The notes below the pieces were generated by a model, which worked only from the letters and a program-made list of their open reading frames with translations, was not told the origin of the DNA and ran no database searches. Shown here one piece after another: positions 26,499 to 37,440 of a stretch of 64,000 nt of DNA (its first letter is position 1; each line of letters opens with the position of its first letter). Position numbers and translations under genes: made by a program. Source of the DNA: Protoeuglena noctilucae (lineage: Eukaryota); contig OY253671.1 of assembly GCA_958009085.1 (NCBI GenBank), forward strand, positions 248,001 through 312,000. Direction: 5' to 3'.

Positions 26499-29113
26499 TC
26501 AGCGGCCCCGGCTCCGTCCCTCTCTATCCCTTTCCCGCTCCCTGCCCCCGTCGCGGTCCCGAAAGTCGACCCTCTCCCAACGCTCGCGACTGCCCCCACG
26601 CCCCTCGATGCTCCAGTCCCGGCGAGGCCTCTCGTACCCTCCGCCGCGCGAGCCGCCCGTATCGGGGCCCTCTCGACCGCCGCGATCGTATCTGCTTCCC
26701 CGATGGGGCGATGGAGACCGGGGCCGGGTGCGACTGGGGGAACGCGATCGCGACCTTGATCGAGACCGCGGTCGCCGCTGAGTAGGACCTCCCGGCTGGG
26801 CGTGGCGACCCGAGCCGGCGCCCCTGTCTGCGCCAAAGACGTGCCCATGCGCATCGACAAAGGTGCTGTCGGGCCCGGACCCTGACGGCGGGCCCCGCCT
26901 GACCGGCACGGCGCCGCCCCGTGACTCCTGTGCCCGCTCCTGGGGCCTCTCCGCGCCCATGGACCGCGACAGCCGGTTGCGGGCGTCCATCTCCTGCGTA
27001 AGAGGAACACAGAGACGCGGCGTCCGTGGCAGGTCGCATGTGCACCATGCGACAGCACCTGCACCTGTCTGCACCCGCATAGTACGTCCATGGCCCTGAG
27101 AACAGTACAGCCAGACACCTGAGCCGCCAAGGACTCCTTCTGCATCTTCTTCGCAGCGTCCTCCGCCTCCTGCTTGCTCAGCTGGGCCTTCATCAGCCTG
27201 CGAGCGACGGACCTTGCGCTCACACCCTCGCTCCTCACGCCCAGGCCGAGCGCAGCCAAGTCGCCGCGGCGCATACTCACCTCTGTAGTCGCTCGCGGGC
27301 GGACTCTGGCTTTTCCGCCGGCTTGGCCATGTCCCGGCGGAGCTGCTCGGCGCGTTTCAGACGGTCCACTGCTCGCTCGCGGCGGCGACGCTCTTCATCG
27401 GGATCCGCGGCCTCCGCGATGATGCCCGCCCGACGGCGCATCTCGGGATCCATCAGCTGCGCGGCGTCGGGGGCCGGGGCCGAGCGGGGCTGCGGGGGCG
27501 GCAACGTGGTTCGCAGTCCATGCACCCGACCGCGCAGGCCAGGCTTGCTGGCCATCGCAAGCGCCGCCGTATGCGCCCTGCGATGTCGTACACTCCATCT
27601 GCGCCATCTGTCTCGCGCCGCCCCGCCGCACCTCCTCTGCCCGGACGGGGATATCGTCGATGCCGCCGCGGCCATGCGTGGGACTGCCGCGCCTCGGCGG
27701 CTGCCGCGCCCCGCCTCTCGCATCCGGCGCGGACGCGCGCGTGGGCGGTTGCAGCCCTCCCTGCCCCTGCACAGAGCCGCAAGGAACGCTCCTCGTGAAC
27801 ACGGCGGCTTGCAACGCAAAGCGCACCGTGCCGCGCTGGCATGACACCCGCCACAACGCGCACCTTCATGCGTGCGTTGCGGTTCTTCCACTGCTTGTTG
27901 GACCACCGCGTCCGCCGCACGACAAACATGCTCCCGAGCTCCTTCTCTTCTGCCTCTTCCGCCTGTTGCAGCCTGTCCACGAAATTGTCGACACCAAACA
28001 TGTCGAGCGCTACGTGCTCCATGCCCTCCTCCTCCAGCGCCGCCGTGGCCTCGTCTGCGGACACCAGCGAGCGGTGCGTGGCCAGGCTGGACAGAGGGCG
28101 ATCCAAAGAGCTGCTAAATAATCTCCCAGCCCAAGTCACCTTCTGCCCCGACCTGCACTGGGGCGGCGTCCGCGTCGTCCACGTCGTCCCCGCCCCTGCC
28201 GTAGTCCATGGGCACGGCCGAGAACTGGCCCTGACTAGCGCTGCCCGGGCCCATCCCCGGCAACGTCAGGCCGTGGGCCTTGGCAGCCAGGCTCTGCACT
28301 CGGAAGCGCATGTCCACGTTGACTTTCTCCGCCTGCTCAATGCCCTCCTCGTCGGAGACCTTCTGCTGCAGGAGTCTGCGGCGAAAGGGGAGGCGCGGGG
28401 CGTTCAGACGGCCGGCCCCAGGGGTGCTCGCCACGCACCCTGCCCCTGCGCACCGGACGAGGTCCCGGTAAGACTCAAACGCCAGCTCCTCCTCCGCATC
28501 CGCATCAACGTTGGCCTTGGCCGCCTGGATGACGCGGCTGTCCGGCTCGCGGTAAAAATCGAGCAGGTTTCTGCAGGCACGATCGCGATCCCAGGGCCGT
28601 CGCGCGCGGCGCCCGTCGGGCCCCCGCCGCTGCCTGCGCTTCGCAGACATATCGTAGAGACGCTCACCGGCAATCATACTTGTCCAGCGTAACCTGGGAG
28701 TCGGCCAGCCACGGGATCAGCGACTCGCCCTGCTCGGTCCTCCGGTGCATCTCGTCGCTCTTGATCAGCTGCTCGGACACCAAGGAAGCTGGTCTTGCGA
28801 CGCACAACCCTGCAGATGCCGATCGGGCGCCGAGGCATGGCCCTGCGGCACGGGCAGGTTCCACGCACCTTGCAGCTCATGCCGTCCACGCGAATGGCGA
28901 AGATGTTCAGGTCAGAGGTCGCTTCGACGGCTCTCAACTCAAACCTGCGACGGGGGCCCTGGGAACCCCTTCCATGTTTCCGGCCGGCGGCGGCGCAAAG
29001 TGGCGAGGCTTGGCACCGCCGGCATCGCACTTGCGCTCGCGTTTGGATTGATTTTCCTTCGCGCGCTGCTTCATCGCGGCCATGATGGCCCGATGCTCCT
29101 GGTAATAGCTCAT
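26499..29113 (-). CDS. CLASRP: CLASRP/SFRS16-like SR-rich splicing regulator with N-terminal DRY_EERY domain
   Basis: IRVDGMSCK|LI..LIPWLADSQVTLDKYDCR|NLLDF..EEELAFESYRDLV matches the DRY_EERY pattern; the C-terminal exon carries RS/RE repeats (RSRSRSRSRSPSR). Confidence 0.72.
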
Positions 29114-29358
29114 GGCGGCCTGCAAAGATCGCGACGGGGCCAGCGAGAGCGTCTGCGCGGTTGGCGCTCTGATGCCTCGCAGCCTGGCAGCCAGATGACG
29201 TTCCTCTTGCCACTGACGATTCAAAGAATGGATACGCACCAACCCAGTGAATAACTGATGGAACACCTGCCCGCCTGAAACAGATCAGGTCTGACGGCGT
29301 CGGCGGACTGGCGCCGCACATCCCACTGCTACAGCAGACACCCAGTGCACGGGTGCTG

Positions 29359-30320
29359 TCAGCGGTTGACGAAGTTGATGAGGAGCAAGAAGACCACGCA
29401 AAGCACGATCGCGTTCCACAAGAAGGACTGCACAGCACCCATCATCAGCCCCCGGACAGCCTCGCCCATCATGACCTTCTCCTTGTCGGAGAGGTTGGTG
29501 CCATCAAACAGCGCCGACTGGATCTGCATCGTGTGGACAGAGCATGGAGGTGCTGGACAAAGGAGAGCATATCCTGCGTTTGATGGCTACCAACACTCCA
29601 GCAGGTGCACAGCCGGTCTCGCCTTCTCAGGCTCCTCCTCGGCCGCTTTCACGGCGCCCGTCGCCACGTCCAGGCCGCAGATGTCCCTCAGCGCCGCCTC
29701 GTGGACCCGGACGTCGTCGAACTCACGCAGACCGCCACCACGGCGCCGCCACTTCCACAGCTGGGCGCAGGCGGCGCAGGACAGGTCGGTGACACGCCCG
29801 TGGGGACCTGCACCCTGGGCTCGCCCCGTCAGCTCACCTGCAGCAAGGCGCTCTTGGCCGCCTCCGTCGCGCTCCCCGACACGTCGGCCGTTTCGGCGTT
29901 CCTCATGGCCGCCTGCAGCGCTGCCACCATCTGCTCCCTCTCCTCTCTCTCATGCCCCTCCGCCAGGGGCATCTTTTCCAAAAACAGGAGAGCCTCCTGC
30001 CCCGGAACCTCCACGCCGCTGAGCTCTGGGTGCGTAGTGCGCATCGGGGACATATGTGCAGGGCTGGCGCAGAGACGCATCTGGAGAGCGCACGCAACTT
30101 TCGCAACATGCACTCGGATAACGCAGGCACCTCGAAGGAGATCACGGAGCTCCACCACGCTCGATTGGCTCCCTGATGCAGCGCGCCGGGAAGTCAACTG
30201 GCTCCGACCTGGCACCGATGACACGCGTGCCGAGAAAGGAAGCGGCGACCGCAGTGGGTGGGCACATCGCCTCGCTGCCCGCGCGATGGGGGCCCCTAAT
30301 GGGGCACACGCAAACCCCAT
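29359..30320 (-). CDS. Hypothetical protein with transit-peptide-like N-terminus and C-terminal TM helix
   Basis: Spliced reading MGFACAPLGAPIARAARR..|ELSGVEVPGQEALLFLEK..SALLQ|LWKWRRRGGGLREFDDV..EEEPEK|IQSALFDG..SFLWNAIVLCVVFLLLINFVNR*; splice phases are consistent. No family recognised. Confidence 0.6.
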
Positions 30321-30649
30321 CCTCTCACGGCCCTGTTGCGATCCCTGGCATCGGCGACGGGGCACAATCGGCAGCTGTGGTCTCACTTGCCAACTCGCAG
30401 TGATGGCCAGCGAATCCACGCGCACAGCCCCCCTCTGACGTTGGCAAGTGAGCCAGTCTGAGTTTCGCAGCGTATAAGCAAAACCCCAGCGACCGCCGCC
30501 TCGCGAGCCAAGGACCGAGGACTGAGCGCTCTGTAGGAACCATCGATCACAGACCATACGCGGGAGGCGTGGATGTACGCACATCTCTCGCTCTCAAGTT
30601 GAGCCGGACTTCTCCATCGTACTCCCGACACTGTCCTTTCCGTTCTAGT

Positions 30650-31888
30650 ATGGCGGCGTCGTCCGTGTCGATGCGAGCCTGCGCGGGCGCAGCAGCGCGG
30701 CATCACTGCAGTCCCCGTACGGCCACGATGAGGGGGCGTCCCGCCGCCCCGCGCTGCACCGTGGCCTTCGCTGCGAAGAAGGGCAAGAAGGCAAGTGTCT
30801 GTGCTTGACAGCTCACCTGTCGCGGCCACCCAGTGAGAGATCTCGGCCTCACCGAGGCGCTCGCCCCGTTCCCCAGAGGGGAGGCACGGTGGCGATCCCG
30901 AAGTCGGGAGCCTCGGCGAGGCCACCCTACGAGAACGCTGCTGCCATCATGGCGACGCTGCTTCTGGTGGAATCCTTCAAGGTACGCAGCGCCCTTGCTG
31001 AGTGCGTGGGAGTGAACTAGACACCCCGGGCAGTATGTCACCGATGCCCGACGCAGAGGGTAGTGGGCCGCATCATTCACCCGTCGGTGGAGGATGTGGA
31101 GATCACGGACGCGGCCAAGGCCCTGTACACGGCGCCCTTTGCGCTGGTCAGCCTGGACGAAGTGGGGCGGGTGGCGTACGCGAACGAGCCGGCGCAGGCG
31201 AGGTCGAATGGGAGCGGGCGGCGTTGCGGGCCGCAAGGCGCACGGCGCGCGAGGAGATGGCGTGCCCGGCTCTCGCTCGCAGCGCGCATTGGGCAAGGAC
31301 TGGGGAGGGCTGGCGGGGGCCCCCGTGGCTGGCTTGAGCGCGGAGGCCCTGGGGCTGCCGGAGGGCAGTCACGTAGAGGGAAAGGATGTGCCGTGCGGGG
31401 CAACGAAGCTCCTTGGCGCGACGGCGTGGGACGTGCAGTCGCCCGCGGGCGGCAGCGTGGGTCTGGGCGTTGTGTTCGAGGCGTGGGAGGTGGACGGGGT
31501 GACGGTGCGGGCAGTCGCCGAGGAGGAGCCGGCAAACGAGAAGGTTTCGGCTGCGGACCCGGTGACTGGCGGGGAGCATTTCCTAATTGGCCTGATTTGG
31601 GTGGGCAGGCTTGACGACCACGGTCATGTTGCGGTCCTGGCCGCAGGGGGAGCTCGAGGAGGCGAGGGCGGCGGTCGAGAGGCTTGCCAGCGCAGTGAGG
31701 GAGCTGAAGGAGGGCCAGGGCATGTCGAACAGCAGTCCTGAGGTGAGCAGCGTGGGCTGGCAGCGGTCTTGGCAGCGGTCCAAGGTTCCGTTATCGAGCC
31801 GATGGTTCGCCTCTGCGTGCAGGTTCGTGAGGCTGTGCAGGAGCTGCTCGCCGCCAAGGAGAGGCTGGCGGCCTTGGAAGGGCAGTGA
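30650..31888 (+). CDS. MEKHLA (PAS-like) domain protein with putative plastid transit peptide and C-terminal WHEP-like helix-turn-helix
   Basis: LLLVESFK|RVVGRII..AKALYTAPFALVS..YANEPAQ|RALGKDW..ATAWDVQSPAGGSVGLGVVFEAW follows the MEKHLA pattern; tail EARAAVERLASAVRELKEGQGMSNSSPE|VREAVQELLAAKERL. The first three introns are 30791-30876 (GC), 30982-31056 and 31198-31282 (GC). Confidence 0.7.
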
Positions 31889-32032
31889 CACAGCCAGCGA
31901 CACTGGCGTTTTGGCGTCACCGCGGCCCCGCGGGTCCAAAGGGGCCGCGTGGACCGCCGTTGCCCGCAATCGTGGCGTTTGAAAGTCGCTTCGCCGTTGG
32001 GCCTCGCCTCCAACGCGTTTACCATCCAAGCG

Positions 32033-34308
32033 ATGCGGCTCGTCTTCGCCGCGCTCGCTGCGACCGCGGCGCTCGTCGGCGTCGGTGAGGGCACGCTCAA
32101 ACCGGTATTCGTCGCGATCGGCAGCCCATATTGGCTCCCAGCTAGCCACTCGCTGCCCCGCGGCTCGGCGGCAGGCCCGGCACCCGATCGCGGGCTAGCG
32201 GGCTCGCTGCGCCGCGTCCGGCAACTCATGGGGCGTCGCTCGTCGTTGATACCGCAGGCGTGTGCGCGGCGGAGCAGGGGACCGTTCTCTCGCTCGTGCA
32301 AGACCGCCTCCGCGGCCTGAGTCAGATCGAGCAGGCGTCCCAGGAGGGCTGTTCGAACCAGGCCAACCAGGCCGTCATCATCAACGGCTGCGAGTGCCCG
32401 GCCATCATCCAACAGCTCAATCAGGGCAACTGCACGCCGCCCCAGCTCGGAGGCCTCACGGTCGCGCAGATCAGCAACCAGCTCAACCAGGCCTCCGCCC
32501 TCGGCCCCTGCGCCCAAGCCATCCAGCAAGCCAACCAGGCCGGCGGGTGCTCGAACCGCTGTGCGGGTGCAGGCAATCAAGCCAACCAGGCCGTCCTCGT
32601 GCGCCCTTGCGTCAACGGCGTCCCGGGGGCCCCCACGGCAGTGGGCGGCGGCAGCGTGCTTCAGGCCAATCAGGGCGGAGGCGGTGGTAACAACTAACTG
32701 AACCAGGTGAGGCTTGCATCGACATGCACTTGCATCGCAGAGGGTCGCTCTGTTCTCACCAGCCCCTTCTCTGCCTCACCCGCAGGCGGCCAACGGCGGC
32801 GGGTCCATTTTGCAGGCCAACCAGGGAGGCGGCGGGGGCAACCAGCTGAACCAGGTGAGACATGGCATGACGCGAGACGGGAGCGCGGTGGGCGCGGCTG
32901 GTCTGTGACGCGAGTTGAGTGCTGCAATGCAGGCGGCCGGCGGAGGCTTTGGCGGGATTTTGCAGGCCAATCAGGGAGGCGGTGGTGGCAACCAGCTAAA
33001 CCAGGCAAGGCTCGTTTGGAGTAGCATGCGGTGGCAGCAGCAGCGGTGGTGGCCTTTTGCGCTGAACAGCTGGTGCTTGCTCGCAGGCGGCCGGCGGTGG
33101 CAACGGCAGCATCTTGCAAGCCAACCAGGGCTCCAACGGAGGCCGCGGCAACCAGGCCAATCAGGTGAGCGTCGGGAGGTTTCCATTCGACACACGCAGC
33201 GGCACTTGCAGCACCGGCCATCTCACCCGCCAATTCTTTGGCTTGCCCGCAGGCGGCCAACGGCGGTGGGTCGATTCTTCAGGCGAATCAGGGAGGCGGC
33301 GGGGGCAACCAGCTGAACCAGGCAAGGCTCGTTTGGAGTAGCATGCGGTGGCAGCAGCAGCGGTGGTGGCCTTTTGCGCTGAACAGCTGGTGCTTGCTCG
33401 CAGGCGGCCAGCGGTGGCAACGGCAGCATCTTGCAAGCCAACCAGGGCTCCAACGGAGGTCGTGGCAACCAGGCCAACCAGGTGAGCGTCGACAGGGTCC
33501 ACATTCCTCCCCAAAATTCCTTTTGAGAGGCGCAGCAGCACTTGCAGCACCGGCCATCTCACCCGCCAGTTCTTTGGCTTGCCCGCAGGCGGCCGGCGGT
33601 GGCAACGGCAGCATTCTGCAGGCTAACCAGGGAGGCGGCGCTGGAAACCAGGCCAACCAGGCAAGGCTTGCCCCGACATGCACTCGCACTGCAGGCGGGC
33701 GCTCCCTTCTCACCGGCACCTTCTCTGGCTTACCCGCAGGCGGCCAACGGTGGTGGCTCAGTACTCCAAGCAAATCAATCTGCCGGCCTCTCGTGCCCCA
33801 GTCAGGTGCGTGTGGGACGCGCAACAGCCCGACTTGGCAACAATTTGACTTGGCACCTCTGGGCTTCACCTGATCCCTCGCACCACGGTCACGCCCCCGC
33901 AGAGGGACATCGTGGACAAGTGCAACTCGTGGTGCGGGTACGCCCCCTTCTGCCCCCAACCGTGCTGCGACCTCCTCGGCAAGGGCGGCAACTGCGGCAG
34001 GCAGTTCAACCCGGCCCAGCTGTCGGGCTTCTGCTACGACGTGTACTACTCTGGCGTGAACGAGGCCGACTTCCCCAGGGAGTGCTGCACGCAGCCCGGC
34101 ATCTCCCTCAGAGGCAGCGTGAGTGCCACCGGCCGCCCCTGCCGCATGCGCCCGGACCCAGCAGGGGCCCCGCTGCACAGATCAAGCCGCTCCACGCCTG
34201 CAGGTCCAGGACTGCGGGCGCTGCCTGCAAGGCGGTGGTGGCGCAGTGCAGCAGGCCAACCAAGCTGTCGGTGACAACGGTCGCGGTCGTGGGAGGAAGC
34301 ATGACTAG
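32033..34308 (+). CDS. Secreted Gly/Gln/Asn-repeat, Cys-rich protein (11 exons); in-frame TAA at 32695-32697
   Basis: Signal peptide MRLVFAALAATAALVGVG|VCA. Exons 32033-32084, 32258-32706, 32786-32854, 32933-33004, 33087-33164, 33253-33321, 33404-33481, 33589-33660, 33740-33805, 33903-34118, 34204-34308; every junction after the first is phase 0. Confidence 0.7.
32641..33805 (+). repeat. Tandem exon-intron repeat array: about 8 units of ~150-185 bp, with intron homology in three classes
   Basis: Repeated exon core ..(C/T)T(G/T/C)CA(G/A)GCNAA(C/T)CAGGG..AACCAG. Introns 33005-33086 and 33322-33403 are identical 82-mers; 33165-33252 is similar to 33482-33588, and 32707-32785 is similar to 33661-33739. 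Confidence 0.9.
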
Positions 34309-34324
34309 GCCTTCTGGAGCCTAG

Positions 34325-34994
34325 CTAGGGCTTCAGCCTGCGGATAAACTCCCGCACGCTCTCGCTCGCCTCCAACTTGTCTGGCATGTGAGGCACTAGT
34401 GCGCCCTCCGGCACGGCGCCGTCCAGCCTGCGCGGGCCACCGGGCTCCGAGGGCAATGAGCTGCTGCGTCTTCATTTGCGTGCGTTTGAGTTGCAAGCAA
34501 TGCGCAGCTTGAGTTGAAAGCGGTGTGCAGTTGCAGTCACCAGTGCGGCGCGGGCTCTCCGGCGTGAAGCAGTGGCCTGCCCAGCCTCTGGCAGTTGGAC
34601 ACGATGCGCCTGCGCAGGCGAGGTGGGGTCGCTGATTGCCGTTGGGCGTGCCAGGCTAACCGCCGCGCGCAGCAGAGTGCGCCCCTCACCTCAGCGTCAG
34701 GGGCTCGGCGAGTCCCACGTCCTGGGGCGGAAACAACGCCAACCCCGCGTACGAGACCCCACGGAGCAGGACTGCTCGGTCGAGCGCGATGTGGCGGCTG
34801 AAGGCGCCCTCGCCCGCTCGCAGGGCGCCCGTCGGGGACGCCACATTCACCGTGATGCCGCGGTCGTCCAGACAGGCGGCCAGGGCGTTTGCGGAGGGCA
34901 CGCTGCCATCGTCGGCTAACACGATAAGAACGGAGGGCCGGGGGCTCTCTCCCAGGATGTCTCGCGCCTCCAGACGGCGGTAGGAAAGCCCCAT
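34325..34994 (-). CDS. Small protein with possible DJ-1/PfpI (class I GATase-like) or catalase C-terminal-like fold
   Basis: MGLSYRRLEARDILGESPRPSVLIVLADDG..ACLDDRGITVNVASPTG..YAGLALFPP..LR|RIVSNCQRLGRPLLHAG..HW|LDGAVPEG..VREFIRRLKP*, with two phase-compatible GT-AG introns. The fold call is by pattern only. Confidence 0.45.
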
Positions 34995-35340
34995 CACTCC
35001 GGTCCCAGCCGCACTCGGTCGCGTGAGTGCGTAACCGCGACGCTTCCGTTCCCGTTGAAAGTGAATAATGAAATTGATTTCAAGTGCACGATGAACGGCA
35101 GCGAAAGACTCTCGGGGGCGCGCACGGGCTGGCTGCAGTGTGCTCGCTGCGCTGCGAAGCGCGCGTCCGAAACGAGCGCAGGATCGCCGGCAAATGACGA
35201 CTTGCAGTGCTCTCTGCGCTGCGGAGACGCGCGCGAATCGCGGCAAGCGAGGAGAGCGTCTAAGAGAGATGCGGGCAGCTGCCACGCACGTGGCGAGACA
35301 GCATCGCAGGGCCACATCCGCGGCTCGAAATGTGGTGCCC

Positions 35341-37440
35341 CTACGTGAAGCTTACTCGCACGCGCACGGGCCCAGGCAGGCCCTTGTCATTCACCAGGAC
35401 AATGCCTCCGTCCTCGCCCACAAACTCCGCCAGGGGCTTGCCGAGGTTCTCCTCATACATCGGCTGCAGCGCCCCCCTGTGTGTGGAACAGAGCAGGCTC
35501 CCTCGCCTCCAGCTTCTCGCCAGGGCCCAGGCCACCCGAGCCGCGCGATGCTCATCGTGCTGAGACCCGTCCCACGCCACATGCAATTATCATCCCTGCT
35601 TGCCTGAGGAAAATGTTCCGCGAGCCACACGACACGGAGGGCTCCGTGACTCCAATCGTGCGCAGACCCGGGAGCTGCACCAAGGCCTCCAGCGCCTCCC
35701 CCACCGTGGCGCCCCTGCAGAAGCAACATGAGATGCTCGCATCATCAGAGATGCGAGACATGAACGCGAAGGCAATCGCAGCATTCGCACACGCACCGAG
35801 CCAGACGGAGGGGCACGCCCGGGCTGCAGACGGGGCACATGGAGTCGCGCTCGTACTTGACGGTGTGCGTGTACACCCCGTCGTTGCCCGTGTACATCAT
35901 GTAGTTGTCCATACCCGTGCTGCGAAGCACGAAGTGCTGGACCCGATCGCGCACTTCCAGCAAAAGGTACACCTCTCAAGCCCCCGAGCCCCAACCCCTC
36001 TCTCTCGCCCCAAAGGCCCCACGCTTGCTCGCCTGAACATGGTAGCGGCCTTGAGGACCTCGAGGGCGCACTGGGCCGCGATGATGGCGTTCGTCGACGC
36101 AATGGCCGGGATGATGTTCTTCACCACGCCCTGCGTCAGCTGCAGGGTGACGCCCGAGATGCCGAAGAGCTCGGCCCGCGACCGTGCCTTCTCGTACACC
36201 CACATCATGTGCTCCGGGTTGTCGGAATCGAAATCCCCGTCCGCCTTCTGCCGTTCTTGCTCCCACAGCACCAGCTTGGCATACTCAATGCAGTGCGCCG
36301 GGGACCGAGGGGTCTCGGCAATGGTGCAGAGCGGGAAGCGGAGCTGCGGGAGTGGGAGAGGCCCGTCGAGGGCGTCAGGCGCGGGTACGAGCGCACGAGA
36401 TCAAATGCCTGCACGTCACCCCTTCCTGAGCGGCGCAGGGCAGGTCACCTGGGGCGGGAAGAGCCAGAGGGTGCACTCAAAGCATGGCGTGACCCCTGGG
36501 AGGAGCACGCGAGCGTGGCCCTTGAGCCCCTCGCTCCCTCCGTCGATGATGGGCTTGATGGACGTCGGCACAGCCTGGCCCTGCTCGTCGTACTGCACGC
36601 CACCGTACACGGGGGATACGTGAGGGCGATGCGAAGTTGGAAAGGTGCTGGGGCGCTGCGTGCCCCGCCGGATCCCTCAAATGTTCCCAAGGGTACCTCG
36701 AGGAAGCTGCAGATGACGGCGTTCATGTATCTCCGCGCCTCCAGCGAGTCGAGCCCCAAGGCGATGATGTGGAAGTCCTGGTACCACTCGTTCGGCTTGT
36801 CCTCAATTCTCCCCACGTGAGCATTGACCACGACGCCCTGAAAGGAGGCCGGCAAGCCCCGCATCAGCGGTCGCGGCGGCAGGCGCTGGCCAAGCTTTAC
36901 GCAGCGCAGTGCTCGCCTGGACCCTCTCCATGATCCGCTTGGCCGCCACGGTGGCTTTATGCTTGCCCACGTCCTCCTTGCGGAATAGGAACTGTCGATT
37001 GAGGTTGCTGATGTCGATCGTGTCCATGTCGATGATGTCGATGTTGCGAAAGCCGCTCAGGGCCAGGTCCTTCAGCAGCTCGCATCCCAGACCCCCCGCG
37101 CCCACGACCAGCAGCCGTATGTTCTCCTGTATGAACGGCAGGATCTCATCCGACGCCTCAAAGTCGGGACCTGCGGCGGCGGAGGAGCACGCATTGGAAC
37201 GCGCTCGGACGGACCCCGCGCCCCGCCGCGCGGGTCGAACGCAAGCGAGACGTTCCTGATGACATGACACGCAAACATGGAACCCATAGAGTCCTAGTTC
37301 AGCCCGCGCAGGTGCGCCGGCGCGACTCTGCGACACGTCGCAGCGTGGCCTCGGTGACGCTGCTCGCGCATGGCACCTGTGACGTTACCCGGACGCGAGA
37401 GCAAGACGTTCACATCGTACCACCGCTCGGAGCTGGCCAT
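35341..37440 (-). CDS. UBA3: NEDD8/RUB-activating enzyme E1 catalytic subunit (UBA3/ECR1)
   Basis: [71 protein letters not shown]; catalytic [38 protein letters not shown]. Confidence 0.95.

Noticed and set aside
32687..32706. gtaacaactaactgaaccag as a 20-nt micro-intron or alternative donor removing the TAA
   Set aside because: It has GT, CTAAC and CAG, but using this donor (phase 1) shifts the frame relative to the phase-0 downstream exons, and it is far shorter than other introns here.
32641..33805. CRISPR-like appearance of the repeat/spacer array
   Set aside because: The repeats are coding exons with synonymous variation, and the spacers are GT/GC-AG introns homologous to each other; eukaryotic context with no cas genes.
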